Shown here in pieces: positions 1 through 13,513 of a stretch of 64,000 nucleotides of DNA (the stretch's first letter is position 1; each line of letters opens with the position of its first letter). The notes beneath the pieces are model-generated. The model was given only the letters and a program-made list of their open reading frames with translations. It ran no database searches and was not told the origin of the DNA. The position numbers and the translations under genes are program-made. This DNA is from Felis catus (Eukaryota): positions 50,780,001 to 50,844,000 of the forward strand of contig NC_058382.1 in NCBI RefSeq assembly GCF_018350175.1, in the 5' to 3' direction.

Positions 1-225
1 GTGACTAACCTGCCGGAGGAAGAGTTATTTTAGGAAGGGAGGGTATAACATCCCTTTCTCATGGTGGCACTCATGACTCCGACTTCTGTTGGTGCTGGCT
101 TGTGCCCGTGCATCCCTGGGGATAAGAGCTTGAAGAACTCCTCCATTCACATACAAGTGCTAGCACATGGAATGATTTGAGTAATCAGCTCTGAGGAGTG
201 AAGAGATAGGGAAGTTATCTCGGGT

Positions 226-697
226 GGTGGTTAGTCTCCAAAGATAGCTTACCTGCCATTACTTTCCTCCTGTTTCCACATACCGCTTGCTTTGTATAAT
301 AGATGGCATACAGTTCGCCCCGTGTCCAGCCCTCTCGCATCTGGGCTGTCCTAAATGACTGGCTTGACCACTCGAATGCAACGGAATTGATGTTCTGGGA
401 TTTGGGAAGCTGGTGACAAGAAGCTGGAAGATTCCTTCTTATTCTGGCTCTGGGGAAAACCAGGCCGTGTAAGGATTCTTGGCCACTCCCCAGATGTTCC
501 CCTCGTCCTCAGCTGAGATACCGGACACGTGAGCTTCCGGTCCCAACGACCATTTGATGGCAACTGTCTGTGAGGCCCCAAGGGTGAACTGTCTCCTTGA
601 GCCCGATCAATGCACATGACTATGACAAGTGATAAAGTACTGGGTTAAACCCCCCTATGTGGGGGTGGTAGGTTACGTAGCAGTGTATAACCAAACA
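226..697 (+). mobile_element. MaLR solo LTR (old MLT1 family)
   Basis: MLT1-like internal motifs and 3' end 'ggttacgtagcagtgtataaccaaaca'; bounds approximate. Confidence 0.6.
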
Positions 698-1139
698 TCT
701 TGACTTCAAATGAGAATATTTAGCATTTTATTCCATCCGCTCAGCATTTAAAAAAATCTCCCAAAGTATCTTCTTGGCATGTTTCTTGTTGTTGTTCATC
801 TAATTAGCACCCTGTTAAATGATATGCCAAGAGCGTCTTTACTTCAGGCTACATTTCTTGTGTAGGTGTATGTTTTCGGCACGGCTGTCAACTCAATGAT
901 GCTGCAAAAGCCTCTAAATTCCTTCAAGACTGCACCACACATTATTTCCTGGCATGCTTTGATTATATCCCCTCTGCTGTCTGTCCCTGAACTATTTATA
1001 GTAAAAATTGATGTACTGAAGGAAGCCAAAAAAAAAAAAAAAAAAAAAAAGAGCCTACAAATAATATCAAAGCAAAATATGAATTTCTCTCTCCTCGTCA
1101 TATTAGCCATTAATAACACAATCTGTTGATTCTCTCCTA

Positions 1140-1745
1140 AGATCAATTTCCTCAAAATATACTACAGTTTCTCCTGTAAAAGACTGAAATATTGGCTTCA
1201 ATTTGCATTTTTCCCGATTACCAGTGAGGTTGAACATTTTCTGGCTACGTGTTTATTGCTTTTCAGGTGAATTGCTCATACATATTTTGTGCATTACTGA
1301 TTTTTAGGATTTCTTTATACTGGCTGCTTGCATAAGCTATAAAGACACTCCTTGTCTGTGTCTTACATTTTGAATCTGTTTATACTTATTTTATTGTCGC
1401 GGGATTTCCTTTATGATTGTGCTGCTTTAAGAAAATCTTCTTTACTTTAATATCCTAAGGATAATTATCTATATATTTTCTAGACATTTTAGATGAGCTT
1501 TACTCATTGAGGTGGTTAGAATATTTGGGCTGGACTCTGGCATGTAGTATGAACAAGGAATATGTATTTTTCCCTATGGATGTTAACTTTTCCCATTAGC
1601 ATTTAATAAGAGAACCATCATTTCTAGTGACTGGTAATAATGTCTCTTTTACAAACCAGGTCTCCACACACACCTGGGTATGACTCTGAGGTCAGCGTTC
1701 TCTTACTTTTGTCTCTTATCTATTAATACCATGGTCCTTTAAAAG
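1140..1745 (-). mobile_element. ancient LINE-1 fragment (L1ME-like)
   Basis: 'tttgcatttttcccgattaccagtgaggttgaacatttt' is typical antisense L1 ORF2 3' sequence; highly decayed. Confidence 0.55.
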
Positions 1746-2065
1746 GTTATATTTTAAGACTGTTTATAGTCACCTCACAGCATGTTTTGCTATTACGAAT
1801 GGAAGTCTTTGGTGTTTTATATTTTGATTTTGATTAATGAATAATTATTAATTTTCACATTCATCCATCAAAGGAAATAGTGCATCTCGCCAAAGGTGGT
1901 GATGCCAATGCTGGGCTGATTTTGAACCCCGGCATTACCACTTGGTAGTTGAGTCACTTACAATTCTGCTAATTTTTGCTTTATGCAGTCTGGGGCTAAG
2001 TTAATAAAAGCACTAATATTTACGGCTATACTACTAAATGACTTGGAAATCCCTAATGGGGGGGG

Positions 2066-2222
2066 GGGGGCGCCGGGGTGGTTCAGTCGGTTAAGCACCC
2101 AGCTCTTGGATTCAGCTCAGGTCATGATCTCACAGAGCCTGCTTGGGATTCTCTCTCTTCCTCTCTGCCTGCCTCTTACCTACTCTCTCTTTCCAAATAA
2201 ATATACATAAACTTAAAAAAAA
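2066..2222 (+). mobile_element. CanSINE with internal deletion
   Basis: ggggcgcc head, CT tract and A tail; central part missing; 'aaatccct' on both flanks. Confidence 0.85.
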
Positions 2223-2599
2223 GTAAAATCCCTTTTAAGTATGTTATTTGCTAATTTTCTGTGTGGCAGGCATTGCAAACTTGAGCGAGCAAGTATTTCC
2301 ATTAAAAGAAAGTGCTATGATTAATCCTGATAGGTGAGAGGGAATTTTGCTAAATGGCATAGGTATTATTATATTGTGATTGCTACAGCAGAGGGATCAG
2401 GAAAAATAGTATATTTAGACTGAAAGTGAAATATATTTTTCCACTGTACTGTGTCACTTAAGTTTCCCTCCACTTCCAGCATGTTAATATAACATTTTCT
2501 TGTGCCGTGTACCTCTGCACACACTTTTGCCTGATGCTCTGTTTTTGTACAAAAAGAATGGTTTCCCAATTTAACCATTACTTCTGAAATCCTGAGGAC

Positions 2600-2950
2600 T
2601 TTTTACAGGGATAAATAAACCCCCCACAAAGGTATAAATCCCCCATTCACACTGGTTCTCACGTGTAAGGATCGCATTTCCAAAAACCCATGAGATTGAC
2701 TGGCATCACGTGACTTGTGAGACCAGGGAAGCAGAAGTGACCTGTGCTTCTGGTACAGAGAATTTCATGTTAGTTTGAAACCCTCCACAGGCTTTTTTCC
2801 CTTTGCTAATAGTTAAAAATATGGCGGCCCCAAGTGGCCTTGTGTCCCTGATGATCAATGTGCAGAGTCACCTGCTGCTTGGATTGGGGAAAAATATAAC
2901 TAAGCCGCTGTGATTTGGGGTTCTTTCTTTGCACACCTGGCCTATTCTGA
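2600..2950 (+). mobile_element. MaLR LTR relic (MLT1-like)
   Basis: 'cacgtgacttgtg...gcagaagtgac' and 'aagccgctgtgatttgggg' motifs. Confidence 0.45.
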
Positions 2951-3299
2951 GTAGGAGGAGCTACCTTCATGGAAACTAACATGTGACATCAACAGCAATG
3001 ATAGTTAAGAGGCAAACTGATATCTAAGAAGACTATACTAATGGCCATTTGTCAATTCTTTGATGAAATTTTTGATGAAATTGAGTGTGGTCTGAAATAA
3101 TTTGGGAAGTAAAAGAGCATAGAGCCCAGTACGGACATGTAGAGCTGAAAGAGGAAAGTGCTTTTTATCATCAAGAGGTAAAAGATAAAATTCACAAGGT
3201 TTTTGTTCAAGAAAGGATGATAGAGCTTATATGGCAAGGATCAAATCAAGGGTATAGTTTCTCTCCATTGTTAGAACTTCTAAGTGCATTAAAAAGACA

Positions 3300-5105
3300 C
3301 CTGGTAGATTTTTTTTTAGATTGAGAGACAGAATGTGTGTACGATCCAATGTATCTTTTGACAAGTTCCTTTGATAAGGTCATGCTTTTTAGTTATTTCC
3401 TGTAGGTCGCAAAGTAGTGTGGTCATATCTACAGCATATTCTTTTAACAAAGTTTCTCTGATTGAGTAGATTCTAAAGAAACCTCCAATGATTTTTTGCA
3501 TGCTTAATTTATTGGGTCTTCTTACTCCTAAACAACTTGTCGTTCTTTGTGTAAATATTTGTCAATTTTTCCCTTCCAAACTGGTGTGATTCCTTCTGGC
3601 AACAAATTGATTTCATCTAGTAATTACCCAGACTTTCTTATAATAGGAGATGCTGCCTTTTCAGAGATATTTGCATCATCTTAATAACAAAATCCATACT
3701 TAAGCAAATATTTTGCTATATCTTAGGCCTAGGGGTTTCTCATGTTGGATATTGCAATCTTCTAAAGTACCCTGGGTGCATGTAGTTTTGTTTTTTAATA
3801 ATTTCATTTTGGCTTGTTCATTGCTGGTATATAGAAGTTAAAATTGATTTTTAAAATATTCTAGTGTCCCATTACCTTGTTGAATTAGTTTGTTTAAAAG
3901 TGTTTTTAGTGATTCCTTAGAACTTTATACATAAAAGATCATGCCATCTTTGAATAGAGCTATCTTTCTTTCTTACAATCTGTATGAATTTTGTAACTTT
4001 CTGTTGTCTAATTTTCCTGAATAGGTCCTCTAGCTCAAAATTGAGATGTCTTCTAGAGCAGTTTTAGGTTCACAACAAAATGAGAGTAAGGTACAGCCAT
4101 TTCCCATATACCTGCTCCTATACACACACAGCCTCCCCATTATCAGTGTCTCCCACCAGAGCCGTAAGTTTATGACAACTGATGAACCTACAGTGACACA
4201 CTACAACCACCTGAAGTCCATAGTTGAAGTTAGAGTCCCCTCTTGGTGTTGTACACTCTCTGGATTTGGAAAAATGTACAGTGACATGTATCCATTGTTA
4301 TAATGTCATTTAGAATATTTTCACTGACCCAAAACTCCTCTATGCTCGGTATGTTCATCCCTGCTTCCCCCAAATCCTGGAAACCACTGATCTGTTTAAT
4401 GCCTCCAGAGGTGTGTCTTGTCTAGAATGTCATATAGTTGAAATTGTCCAGTACACAGCCTTTGTGGATTGACCTCTTTCACTTAGTAGTATGCTCTTAG
4501 GTTCTTCCCTATCTTTCAATGACTTGATAGCGCATTTCTTTTTAGCATTGAACAATATTCCATTGTCTGGCTGGACTCCAGTTTACCCACACCCACTGAA
4601 GGACATCTTGGTGGTTATGGAGAGTGTTGCTTTCAACATCCGTGTGCAGCTTCTTGTGTGGACAGAGTCTTCAACTCCTTTGAGGAAACAGCGAGGAGTA
4701 GGATTGCTGGAACATACTGTAAGAATATGTTTAGTCTTGTAAGAAGTTGCCCAACTCTCTCCCAAACTGTCTACACCATTTTTCATGCTCGTCAGCAGTG
4801 AACGAGAGTTCCTGTTGCTCCACATCCTCATCAGCATTTGGTGTTGTCGGTGTTGTGTCTTTGGTGCACTCTGATAGGTTTTTGGCCTTTCCCTAAAGGT
4901 ATGTGGGAACATGTGATGAGGAACATCTTTTCATATGTTGACTTGACATCTGCATATCTTTGGTGAAATGTCTGCTGCTGTCTTTGTCCTAATTTTTAAT
5001 CAGGTTGTTTTCTTATTGTTGAGTTGTAAAAGTTCTTTGTATATTTCAGATAACAGTCCTTTATCAGATGTGTCTTTTGCAAACATTTTCTCCCTGCATC
5101 GGGCT
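3300..5105 (-). mobile_element. old LINE-1 fragments (ORF2 piece plus L1M 3' end)
   Basis: Antisense L1 signatures such as 'ttcattgctggtatatagaa' and 'gagagttcctgttgctccacatcctcatcagcatttgg'. Confidence 0.75.
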
Positions 5106-5144
5106 TCTCATTTTCTTGAAATTATCTTTCCTCTAGTGAGTTGT

Positions 5145-5553
5145 GTTTTTTTTTTAATTTTTAAAAAAATGTTTGTTTTTGATAGAGAATGGGCAGAGGA
5201 GGGGCAGAGAGAGAGAGGGGGGGAGACCCAGAATCCAAAGCAGGCTTCAGGCTCTGAACTGTCAGCACAGAGCCCAATGCAGGGCTCAAACTCACAAACT
5301 GTGAGTTCATGATCTGAGCCGAAGTTGGACACTTAACTAAGTGCCCCTCCTCTAGTGAGACTTTGTAAGTTTGTTTATTCTGAAAGAGAGCGAGTGGGGT
5401 AGGGGCAGAGAGGGAGAGAGATTATCCCAAGCAGGCTCTGTGCTGTCGGCTGTCCGAGCTTAATGCAGGGCTCAATCCCATGAACCACAAGATCATGACC
5501 TGAGATGAAATCAAGAGTCAGACATTTAACCCACTGAGCCACCCCAGAGCCCC
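5145..5553 (-). mobile_element. two tandem CanSINEs (5145-5347, 5360-5553)
   Basis: Two antisense SINE bodies, each ending in 'gcccc'; shared target motif cct(c/t)tagtga present three times. Confidence 0.9.
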
Positions 5554-7029
5554 TCCTTTAGTGAATTGTTGTGTTATACTTTTCAACCCCAGACTTTCCA
5601 TTTATTTCTCTTTAATAAGTTCTGTCTTCTTGAGACATTGTCATATCTTCCTTTAATTCTTTAAACATGACTTTTGTCCTTTTAACATCTTTGATGTCTA
5701 ATGTATCTATAATGTCTAATAGCTGTGCTCAGACTTTTAAATTATATTTTAGCTTGAAAAGTACTGGATTTTGTCAAATTCTGCCTGCACATTACCCCTG
5801 GGTCAGCAGAAGCCACATTTTGTTCAACATCTGTGCTTAAGCCCTCTTGGCCAACCAGATTTTAGCCTTTACCATTTTCTGTGCATCTGGCTTAGAGGCT
5901 CCTACTACAGTTCAAGTTTAGATCTTTGCCCCATGTTCAGTCAGGGATTAGGAGTTTGGAAATCCCTTCCCAATCACTTCTGGAAGGGCACAGTCCTGGG
6001 CATGCATGCACTATTCCAGAGCACCAGGGATGGTTGTGATTGTATTTTTGAGCCCAGTTTTCTAAGGAGCCCAGTTTCTGAGTTGCTTATGGATCACCCA
6101 ATGTTTGGTTAGAGCTTGTGCTTGATCCTCTAGTGACAGTGAGGCTTCTGCCCTTTGTTGACGGATGTGTGACTTGGGGACCATTTTTACATCTGTGTCA
6201 CACACAGTTCTAGTTTCTCCTGAATGGGTTCAGCCTAGCACTTGTGCAGAGACTTCTCAACCCTCAAAGTTGGATGTGAAACCAGAATGGCTCTTAATGG
6301 CTATGTCTTTCCTTGATTGTGCTCAACTTCTAATTGGCCTACCATTGTGCTGTTGGCTACCATTATCATGGAGCTATGGGCTCCCTCTTAAACACTCCAC
6401 TAAGATCTCTGTTGTTTTGTCAATGTCTTTGAGTATGGACACCTCCATATTCTTTCCCAAAGTCCCCTCGTAGAACAGAAGAGTCCCTCTTCTACAGAGC
6501 CTGCCCTTCTGGGGCATCCTACAGGAGCTTCTGTAAGAACTTCTAGGACATTGTACAGGAGCTGGGGATAAGGACAGTGGCCCCCTTCTTCTGTGGTGGT
6601 GACATCTTGCTCTAAAAGCACGTGCTGGGTGACTCGTGGTACCTAGTTGGCTTGGCTTTTCCCTCCAGCATGAAACTTACACCTTAAGAACAAAGCTGAG
6701 GCAAAGATAATTTGGGCCATTCTTGGCTTGCTACAACCCGGAGTGGAGCTCCCATCCTATGTGGGGAAAAGGGAGCCTGGTGCTTTCGGCTATGCCTTCT
6801 GGGGAAATTGCTTCTGCCATCAGGATCTAAAGGAAATTAGAAATGCTAGTGATTTACTCCTTTGGCAAAGAACTAGAGTCCTAGCCTGTGAGCTACAGGA
6901 AGAGGGAAGCCTATATTTCTAGTTGCCCCACACAGAGGAGTGTTTTTGCCACAATGAGCTAGGGGCATGTGGGAGGGAGTGGGTCAGATGCCACAAATTT
7001 TCACTATTCTGTCCAAGCATGCAGACCTT

Positions 7030-7226
7030 GAATTTTTTTTGTTGTTGTTGAGAGAGTATGTGAGCAGGATTTAGGGGTGGGATAGAGAGAGAGAGAGAAT
7101 CCCAGGTAAGCTCCACACTGTCAGTGCAGAGCCCAATGTAGGGCTTGAACTCATCAACCGTGAAATCATGACCTGAGCCGCAATCAAGAGTCAGACACTT
7201 AATTGACTGAGCCACCCAGGCGCCCC
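7030..7226 (-). mobile_element. CanSINE
   Basis: Antisense body ending 'gagccacccaggcgcccc'; 'agacctt' on both flanks. Confidence 0.9.
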
Positions 7227-7244
7227 AGACCTTCATTTCTATAT

Positions 7245-8150
7245 GTCAGTACCCACTACAGGAATCGAGGATTCTTGGAGAAGTAGAGAAACTTCAAGAT
7301 AAGCCTAGAACATCTTGTGCCAAAAAGTAAATCAGTGTTTAATATGGGGACATGTCCCGAGACAGTCTGGAGGGGTTCCCTGCAGGCACAATCTGGAACA
7401 ATCTGAGCATAAAAACTGAATTAAAGAAGCAAATATGAGTCTAGACTGATGTAAATAAATGAATGTTGGGAAAGAGAAAACGGTCATGTAGAGCAGAAAA
7501 CTAATAAATATAGAAACAATTTTTATGATTTTATTATAAAATCACTTTTTGCCACCATCAGTCATGACTGATACAGGCAAGTATTAAGAGATGGGTAAAA
7601 TGGATAAAATTTTAATGAACAGAATATTTACATAATCTCAAAGTATCTCTCTCCAGTTACTTATTAATCACAAAAGAAACAATAGTAATTTTATAGGGAA
7701 GAAAACTGGTTGACACCATCTAGTGATATGATCAACTTAGTAACACCAGAAAATGGATAAGCTGACAGCCTCTGTCTTCTCAAATAATGCTCTGGGAGGA
7801 CACAACACCGAGTCTGTGGTGTTCCTACTAAGAATGTGTGATCTGGATCGAGCCACAAGGAAACATCAGGCAAATGCAAGTTGAAGGCCATTCTGCAAAA
7901 TAACTGGCCCGTGTCCTTCAAGAATCTTAAGGTCACGAAAGGCCAAAGAAAGGCTGAAAACGGTTTCATACGAAAGGCGAATCAAGGTACTCAACAACTG
8001 AATGTGATTCTGGACTTGACTTGGTCCAGGAAAATATTATTATTAGGACGGTTGGTAACATCTTAACATGACCTGTGGTATATATGAGAGTAGTGTATCG
8101 GTGTTAGGCATCCTGATTTTCATACATATATTGTGACTGCATAAGAAAAC
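7245..8150 (+). mobile_element. old LINE-1 3' region (L1MC-like)
   Basis: 'aggaaacatcaggcaaatgcaagttgaaggccattctgcaaaataactggcc' matches the L1MC 3' UTR pattern. Confidence 0.65.
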
Positions 8151-8159
8151 AGGCATATT

Positions 8160-8368
8160 GGGGCGCCTGGGTGGCACAGTCGGTTAAGGGTCCGACTTCA
8201 GCCGGGTCACGATCTCGCGGTCCGGGAGTTCGAGCCCCGCGTCAGGCTCTGGGCTGATGGCTCAGAGCCTGGAGCCTGTTTCCGATTCTGTGTCTCCCTC
8301 TCTCTCTCTGCCCCTACCCCGTTCATGCTCTGTCTCTCTCTGTCCCAAAAAAATAATAATAAACGTTG
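8160..8368 (+). mobile_element. young felid SINE (SINEC_Fc-type)
   Basis: Near-consensus body; TSD agaaaacaggcatatt. Confidence 0.95.
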
Positions 8369-10689
8369 AGAAAACAGGCATATTTAGGAAATAACCACTG
8401 ACTTTATTTATGGAAAAAGAGATGTGATGTTTATAAATGATCCTCACATCATTGAGAAAAATATCTGTATTTGAAAATTCATAAGGAGTCATCAGAAAAG
8501 TACATAGCGTTTGACCACTATATGAAATTTGTTCTAAAATAAATGGCAATGGAGAAAAATCCATTTGCATTGCTATTAAACAACAGGTTAATTTTAGTCA
8601 TTTGTTTCAGTAAAAACAGCTTCACTTTGCACGACCAGGAATAACAGAATGTTTAAGGAAACTGCTTAATCGACCTGATGTAACATTATGTACCCACTAA
8701 ATATCATTACCAAATACATGGTTAACATAACCATATAAAAGCATTGATGATGGCTGTATAAAATTAGCATGTGAGCTCGGAGTGGAAAGAAATTTGAAAA
8801 TAATTTAATTTGTGATGCAATTCTGAGCGTCTTCCTCTACTTTCTGTATCCTTGGGTTAATGTCCTTTAATAGCAAGTGCATTAAAAAGCTGAAGTGATC
8901 AGTCTTAGAGCCCAGCACAAACACACTGCAAATGTTCTGAGCCTACGGCCACTGAATTCAAGTGAATTCATTCTTACGGGCATTAAATGAGATGGAAACA
9001 CTGATGGGTGTAGTGTTCACCCAATTCAGGTTGGGGACAGATTACCCATTTGTTAGGACAATGTAACTTCAGTCCTTGCCTTCCCATGTTGTATCACGGC
9101 CCCCACGACAGCCACGTGGTGTCCATGAAAAGACCACTCCAATTTATTGCCTTTCTTGGGGAAGCAGGCGCAGAGAGCAGCACTTCCTAAGTTCTGTTTG
9201 TTTTGTTTGATATAATTGAGCTCAGTTGGATACATTCATGATATGTACTCTCTGCAGCAGAGGATAAAACAAAGGTTTTGGCAAGGAATTTTTTTAAAAG
9301 CTCCAACTATAACAACAAACAAACACAAACCTCATCTGCAAGCCACTGGTGTGCTAGCCATGAGCACGGAAAATCAAAGGAGGGAAAAGAAGGGTAAAAA
9401 ATTCAGTTTCTGACTTTGTTCTGCTAAAATGATCTGAGCTAGGACAATTGTTCTAAGAAATGATGAAAAAAAGCCATTGATGACATTTTTTTTAATTGAC
9501 AGAGTTAATGCTAGATCAAACCTTGACTACAGAGAACTTCAGCTTCGTTCTTGTAAGTATATTTTCAGACCTATTTAGCCTAAATTCAATTAATAGCCTG
9601 ATTCTAGGTTTCAAAAGTACTGCAAAATCAACCCGAGGCAGGACGAAATTTTTAAAGCTGGTTGTATTTATTTGCCACTTTTAAGAACATACCTGTGAAG
9701 AATCCCACTGAGGTGTTAGATGGGGGGAAGTCAGGCAGGGGATTTCATGGCAGATGAGCCCATTAAGGCTCGAGAACTATCCCTCTGGACAGGCAGGAGG
9801 TCTCCATTGGTCTGTTCAGGATTAGTTAACGCAAATCCTCATGCTCCTTGGTCAGGAAAGAGTCTTCAGTCAGGTCCAATGCCAGCCTCGCATATGTGGG
9901 GTCACTCAAAGTTTACGACTCTTTAACAAGGCTGGAGGGTTAGAATAATTTTCAACCAACAGTTTTCATCTTGATATTTCCTAGGCAAGTGCTCCTATCC
10001 AGGGAGATTTTTCCTTTTACACAATTATAAAGAAGGGTTTCTAGTAAATGTGATCTTGGAGAAGTAATATTATGAAATTAAGTCGGAGAAAGTCTATTTC
10101 AAAAGCAATCCAATCCATGAGTTACATAAACAATGATGAAAAATGACTAAAGAAAAGTAATCTCAAGGGAGAGGACTGGCCTATGCTCCATCCAAACCAG
10201 AAATCAGCCAATACAAATGGATGTCTTTACCAAGTATACATATGAAATACATTTGTAGGTATGTATGCATATATACGTAAATTTACAATCCAATGAATAC
10301 TTTATGTATATATAAATATAGTTAACATATTTGCAAAGTTTAAGAGTAAGAATACAAGAGAAACCTACACACATCCTACTCAGTTCAAGAAATCACACAC
10401 TACTGGTTCCTTTGAAGTCCATTTTCTCTGCAGATCATTAACTTGCTTTACTTCAGTTTTATCATCCTTCCTTTCAGTGTTACGACCCTCAAATCAGGCT
10501 TGATCCCACACTGTTATTAAATTTATGAAGTATCATGCCACTGATAAGGTTTGTAGAATCTAGGAAATAAGGTCAACTGGGCATTTTTATGAACTCCAAG
10601 AAGGAAATAATTTGCATTCTAAGTGAGTAGGGGAAGAAGAAGATTGTAATACCCAAGGAAGGTATTTCTCCTCCCCTGAAATACTGAAA

Positions 10690-11146
10690 CTTACCAATTT
10701 TTCCTCTGTGGTCCTAGGTTGTCTGGCTGGGGCTCTGCAAAAGACAAGGGACCAACAGAAGGTTGTCAACACGTGTCTCCCCTCCACCTGCCCATACTCG
10801 GTAATCAGGGACTCAAAGGGGTAGCTAGAGCTTGGGTTGATATAGCATCAGAATGAAAGAACCGTAGCTTTTTAGTCAAGCGACAAGACAAAGGAAAAGG
10901 ACTTTGGGTTTCTAGGGCAGGGAAAGGGAGGAAGCTAAGGGCTAGCTAGTAATGTTTATGAGGTCCCCCTGGTACCGTCTCTGAGCTGACTGGGGTCTAG
11001 AGTTGTCTCCAGTGATTCACATCTGTCCTTCCTGGTAGAGAAGGGAGAGGAGACACCTTTACATATGTTTCTTGTCTCTGCTTCTCAGTTGCCTTCAGCT
11101 CAAAATAATCCTTAACCAAAGTGGCACAGTCTGCTACTCTTCAGTG
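10690..11146. mobile_element. ERV1-like solo LTR
   Basis: 'ctcagttgccttcagctcaaaataatcctt...aaagtggca' resembles MER34/39/50-class LTR ends; family and strand uncertain. Confidence 0.5.
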
Positions 11147-12262
11147 TCAAAAAAAAAAGAAAGAAAGAAGGTGGAATAGGAGAAAGGAACCTAGAATATG
11201 GGCTCTGGAAACGAGCACAATTCAATGTCATTATGCAGACTGCTGATCTTTTGAGATGTGATTAAATAGCTAACAAATACGTCTCCATAAATCTGTGTCT
11301 TAGAGTGGTTTAATTTCCTTCGTGCTAGAAGTTTTCATTAGCAGATTCTTGAGAGCTGAACAGGATAGGATGATAAAAACTCCAAGAGAAGGAGAAACCC
11401 CATGGGAACAGATTAGGGTACCTTCATCTTTCTACAGATTTTTGGAAGTTGAAACACAAGGCCATGGGTAGAAAATGATCTTCAGGCCCGTGTATGAGAG
11501 AAAAAATCGCCAATATCTAGAAAAGAGCAATTTGCATTTTAAGGTGTATCCAGTGATCTGAGAGATAGCACCACATCGGGTGAATAATAACTTCACCTGC
11601 TGCAAGCTTTTCTTAACATCTCTATTTAGTGCTTGAATGCACCCTTCTATTTTGTTCTATCTGCTACTCTCCCAAAGTACCGAGCCCTACACAATATCCA
11701 AAGCCCTCATTTTTAAGGCTACCTACATCTAATTCTTAGCACGGGTTGTAGGTGTGCAGACTAACTACGAAAAGCTGTATTCCCACATCTTTTTTTTTTT
11801 CCATATCACAGTGAAAATGTAAATTGCAAATCTCTTTACTTCTCAGATTGTGTGCTGGGTCCCCTGCAGTTACAGAAATACTATTCTCTTATCATCAGAA
11901 GGTCAGAATCTCCTTACCTGTGTGGCCATGGAAGCACTGTTCCTCCTTCCCAAATTGGATCCTTTTCTTAAAAAGCTGCATCTTCTTTGCCTGAGGGCAC
12001 TTTTCTGATCTTCATGTATTTCAAAGCAAGCTTCGTTATCCAGAAAAGAAAAATTATGATGGTCTCTGCTTCTCTGAAACTATAAAAACTCACAAGAAGG
12101 GAGTCCCTGTCAAGTCACCTGAATTTCCCCCCATTAAATAGCTGATTTATTCAATAATAGTGGCATAGGAATATTCCTCAGACACCTACTCTACAGATAA
12201 ACACATTCTCAAAATTCCATCTAGCCCTTTGGAGGCTTTTTCTATATACTGGGCTTACAGCC

Positions 12263-12672
12263 TGTGAGGATTGTTATGTGTCAACTTGGTGATGTCATGG
12301 TACCCAGATAGATGGTTAGACATCAGTTTAGATGCAGCTGGGAAGGTATGTTTTACATGAGATTAAGATTTAATTCAGAATAATTTGAGTAAAGCAGATT
12401 ATTCTCCATGATGTCGGTGGGCCTCATCCAATCAGTTGAAGGCCTCAAGAGAAAAAGACTGAGGTCTCCCAAGGAAGAGGGGATTCTGTAAAAAGTAGAC
12501 AGCTTTTCATACTCAAACTGCAGCATCAACTCATCCCTGGGTCACCAGCCTGCCTGCAAATTTCAGACTTGCCAGCCCCCAAGATAACATGAGCCCATCC
12601 CTTTAAATCCAACTCTTTATATCTAGTGGAAGGTACATCCATCTCATTGGTTCTATTTTCCTATACAACTCT
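12263..12672 (+). mobile_element. ERVL solo LTR (MLT2-like)
   Basis: Starts 'tgtgaggattgttatgtgtcaactt'; contains 'gggcctcatccaatcagttgaaggcct'. Confidence 0.8.
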
Positions 12673-12697
12673 GGCAGGTAGACTGCTTCAGCAATTT

Positions 12698-12829
12698 TGT
12701 TGGTGTTGTGAAGCAGGCTTCACACTGAGCTAAGAGCCCAATGCAAGGCTCGAACTCACAACCCTGAGATCAAGACCTGAGCTGAGATCAGGAGTCAGAT
12801 GCTTAACTGACTGAGCCACCCGGGGCCCC
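12698..12829 (-). mobile_element. short CanSINE
   Basis: Antisense head region; TSD actgcttcag. Confidence 0.85.
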
Positions 12830-13159
12830 AACTGCTTCAGTACTTTTAAACACATTTAAATACATCGACCAAGATGGCCTTCACATTACCCTCAGCTCCA
12901 TCAAACTTTTTACAAAGGCACATGATGTTCCTTTCTAGAACATTCATGTGAGGAAGCTTATCAATATTTTTTCCTGCCTCTTTGAGATGATAAATCTTTT
13001 AAAAAGCATCTTGCCGGTTTTGCATCCCATCTTTTTGAATGTAAACATCGAGGGAGATAGACCCCCCCCCCAAGCCCCCCAGCACGCCAAGTCTCTGTGA
13101 AAAGATAGGAGCCTAATGTTGATGTGTCCCTTGCTCCTGGTTGTAAAACTACTTCCTGT

Positions 13160-13513
13160 CCCAACGGTACTACAGAATTTATTTTTCCTTTGGGTAAATC
13201 CAGTTAGCAAACACAGAGGAGTTGGGTTCTGCCTCTCATGCCAGCACTTACGAACTCTTTTCTGCCCTCATTCAACTTCAGTGAAGTTGAGCTCAGTGAC
13301 ATTGAGTTGAGTGTTGTCCTGTCCCCTGTTGTAAATAGCCTAGAACAGAGTCTGTCTTCCATTAATGTTGCTGCAGCTTTTGCTTTGGCCAGAGCAAGAG
13401 ACCATTCTTTTCTGAATTAGATACCGAAGTTACTCGCGATTGGCCAGAAGTCAACAATGAGGTTTCCATGGTACAGTCAGATCTCTTTAGTCATTCACAA
13501 ATTGTGTACCTGC
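13160..13513 (-). other. candidate terminal exon with AATAAA
   Basis: Acceptor atttcattttcag; stops in all frames within 27 nt; AATAAA at 13183-13178; unique sequence. Confidence 0.2.

Noticed and set aside
5760..7020. ORF cluster in moderately GC-rich sequence
   Set aside because: No coherent protein; probably an old antisense L1 5' region, but I could not support a family call.
8160..8250. tRNA-like A/B-box sequences as tRNA genes (here and at other SINE heads)
   Set aside because: They are tRNA-derived heads of CanSINEs followed by a CT tract, A tail and TSD.
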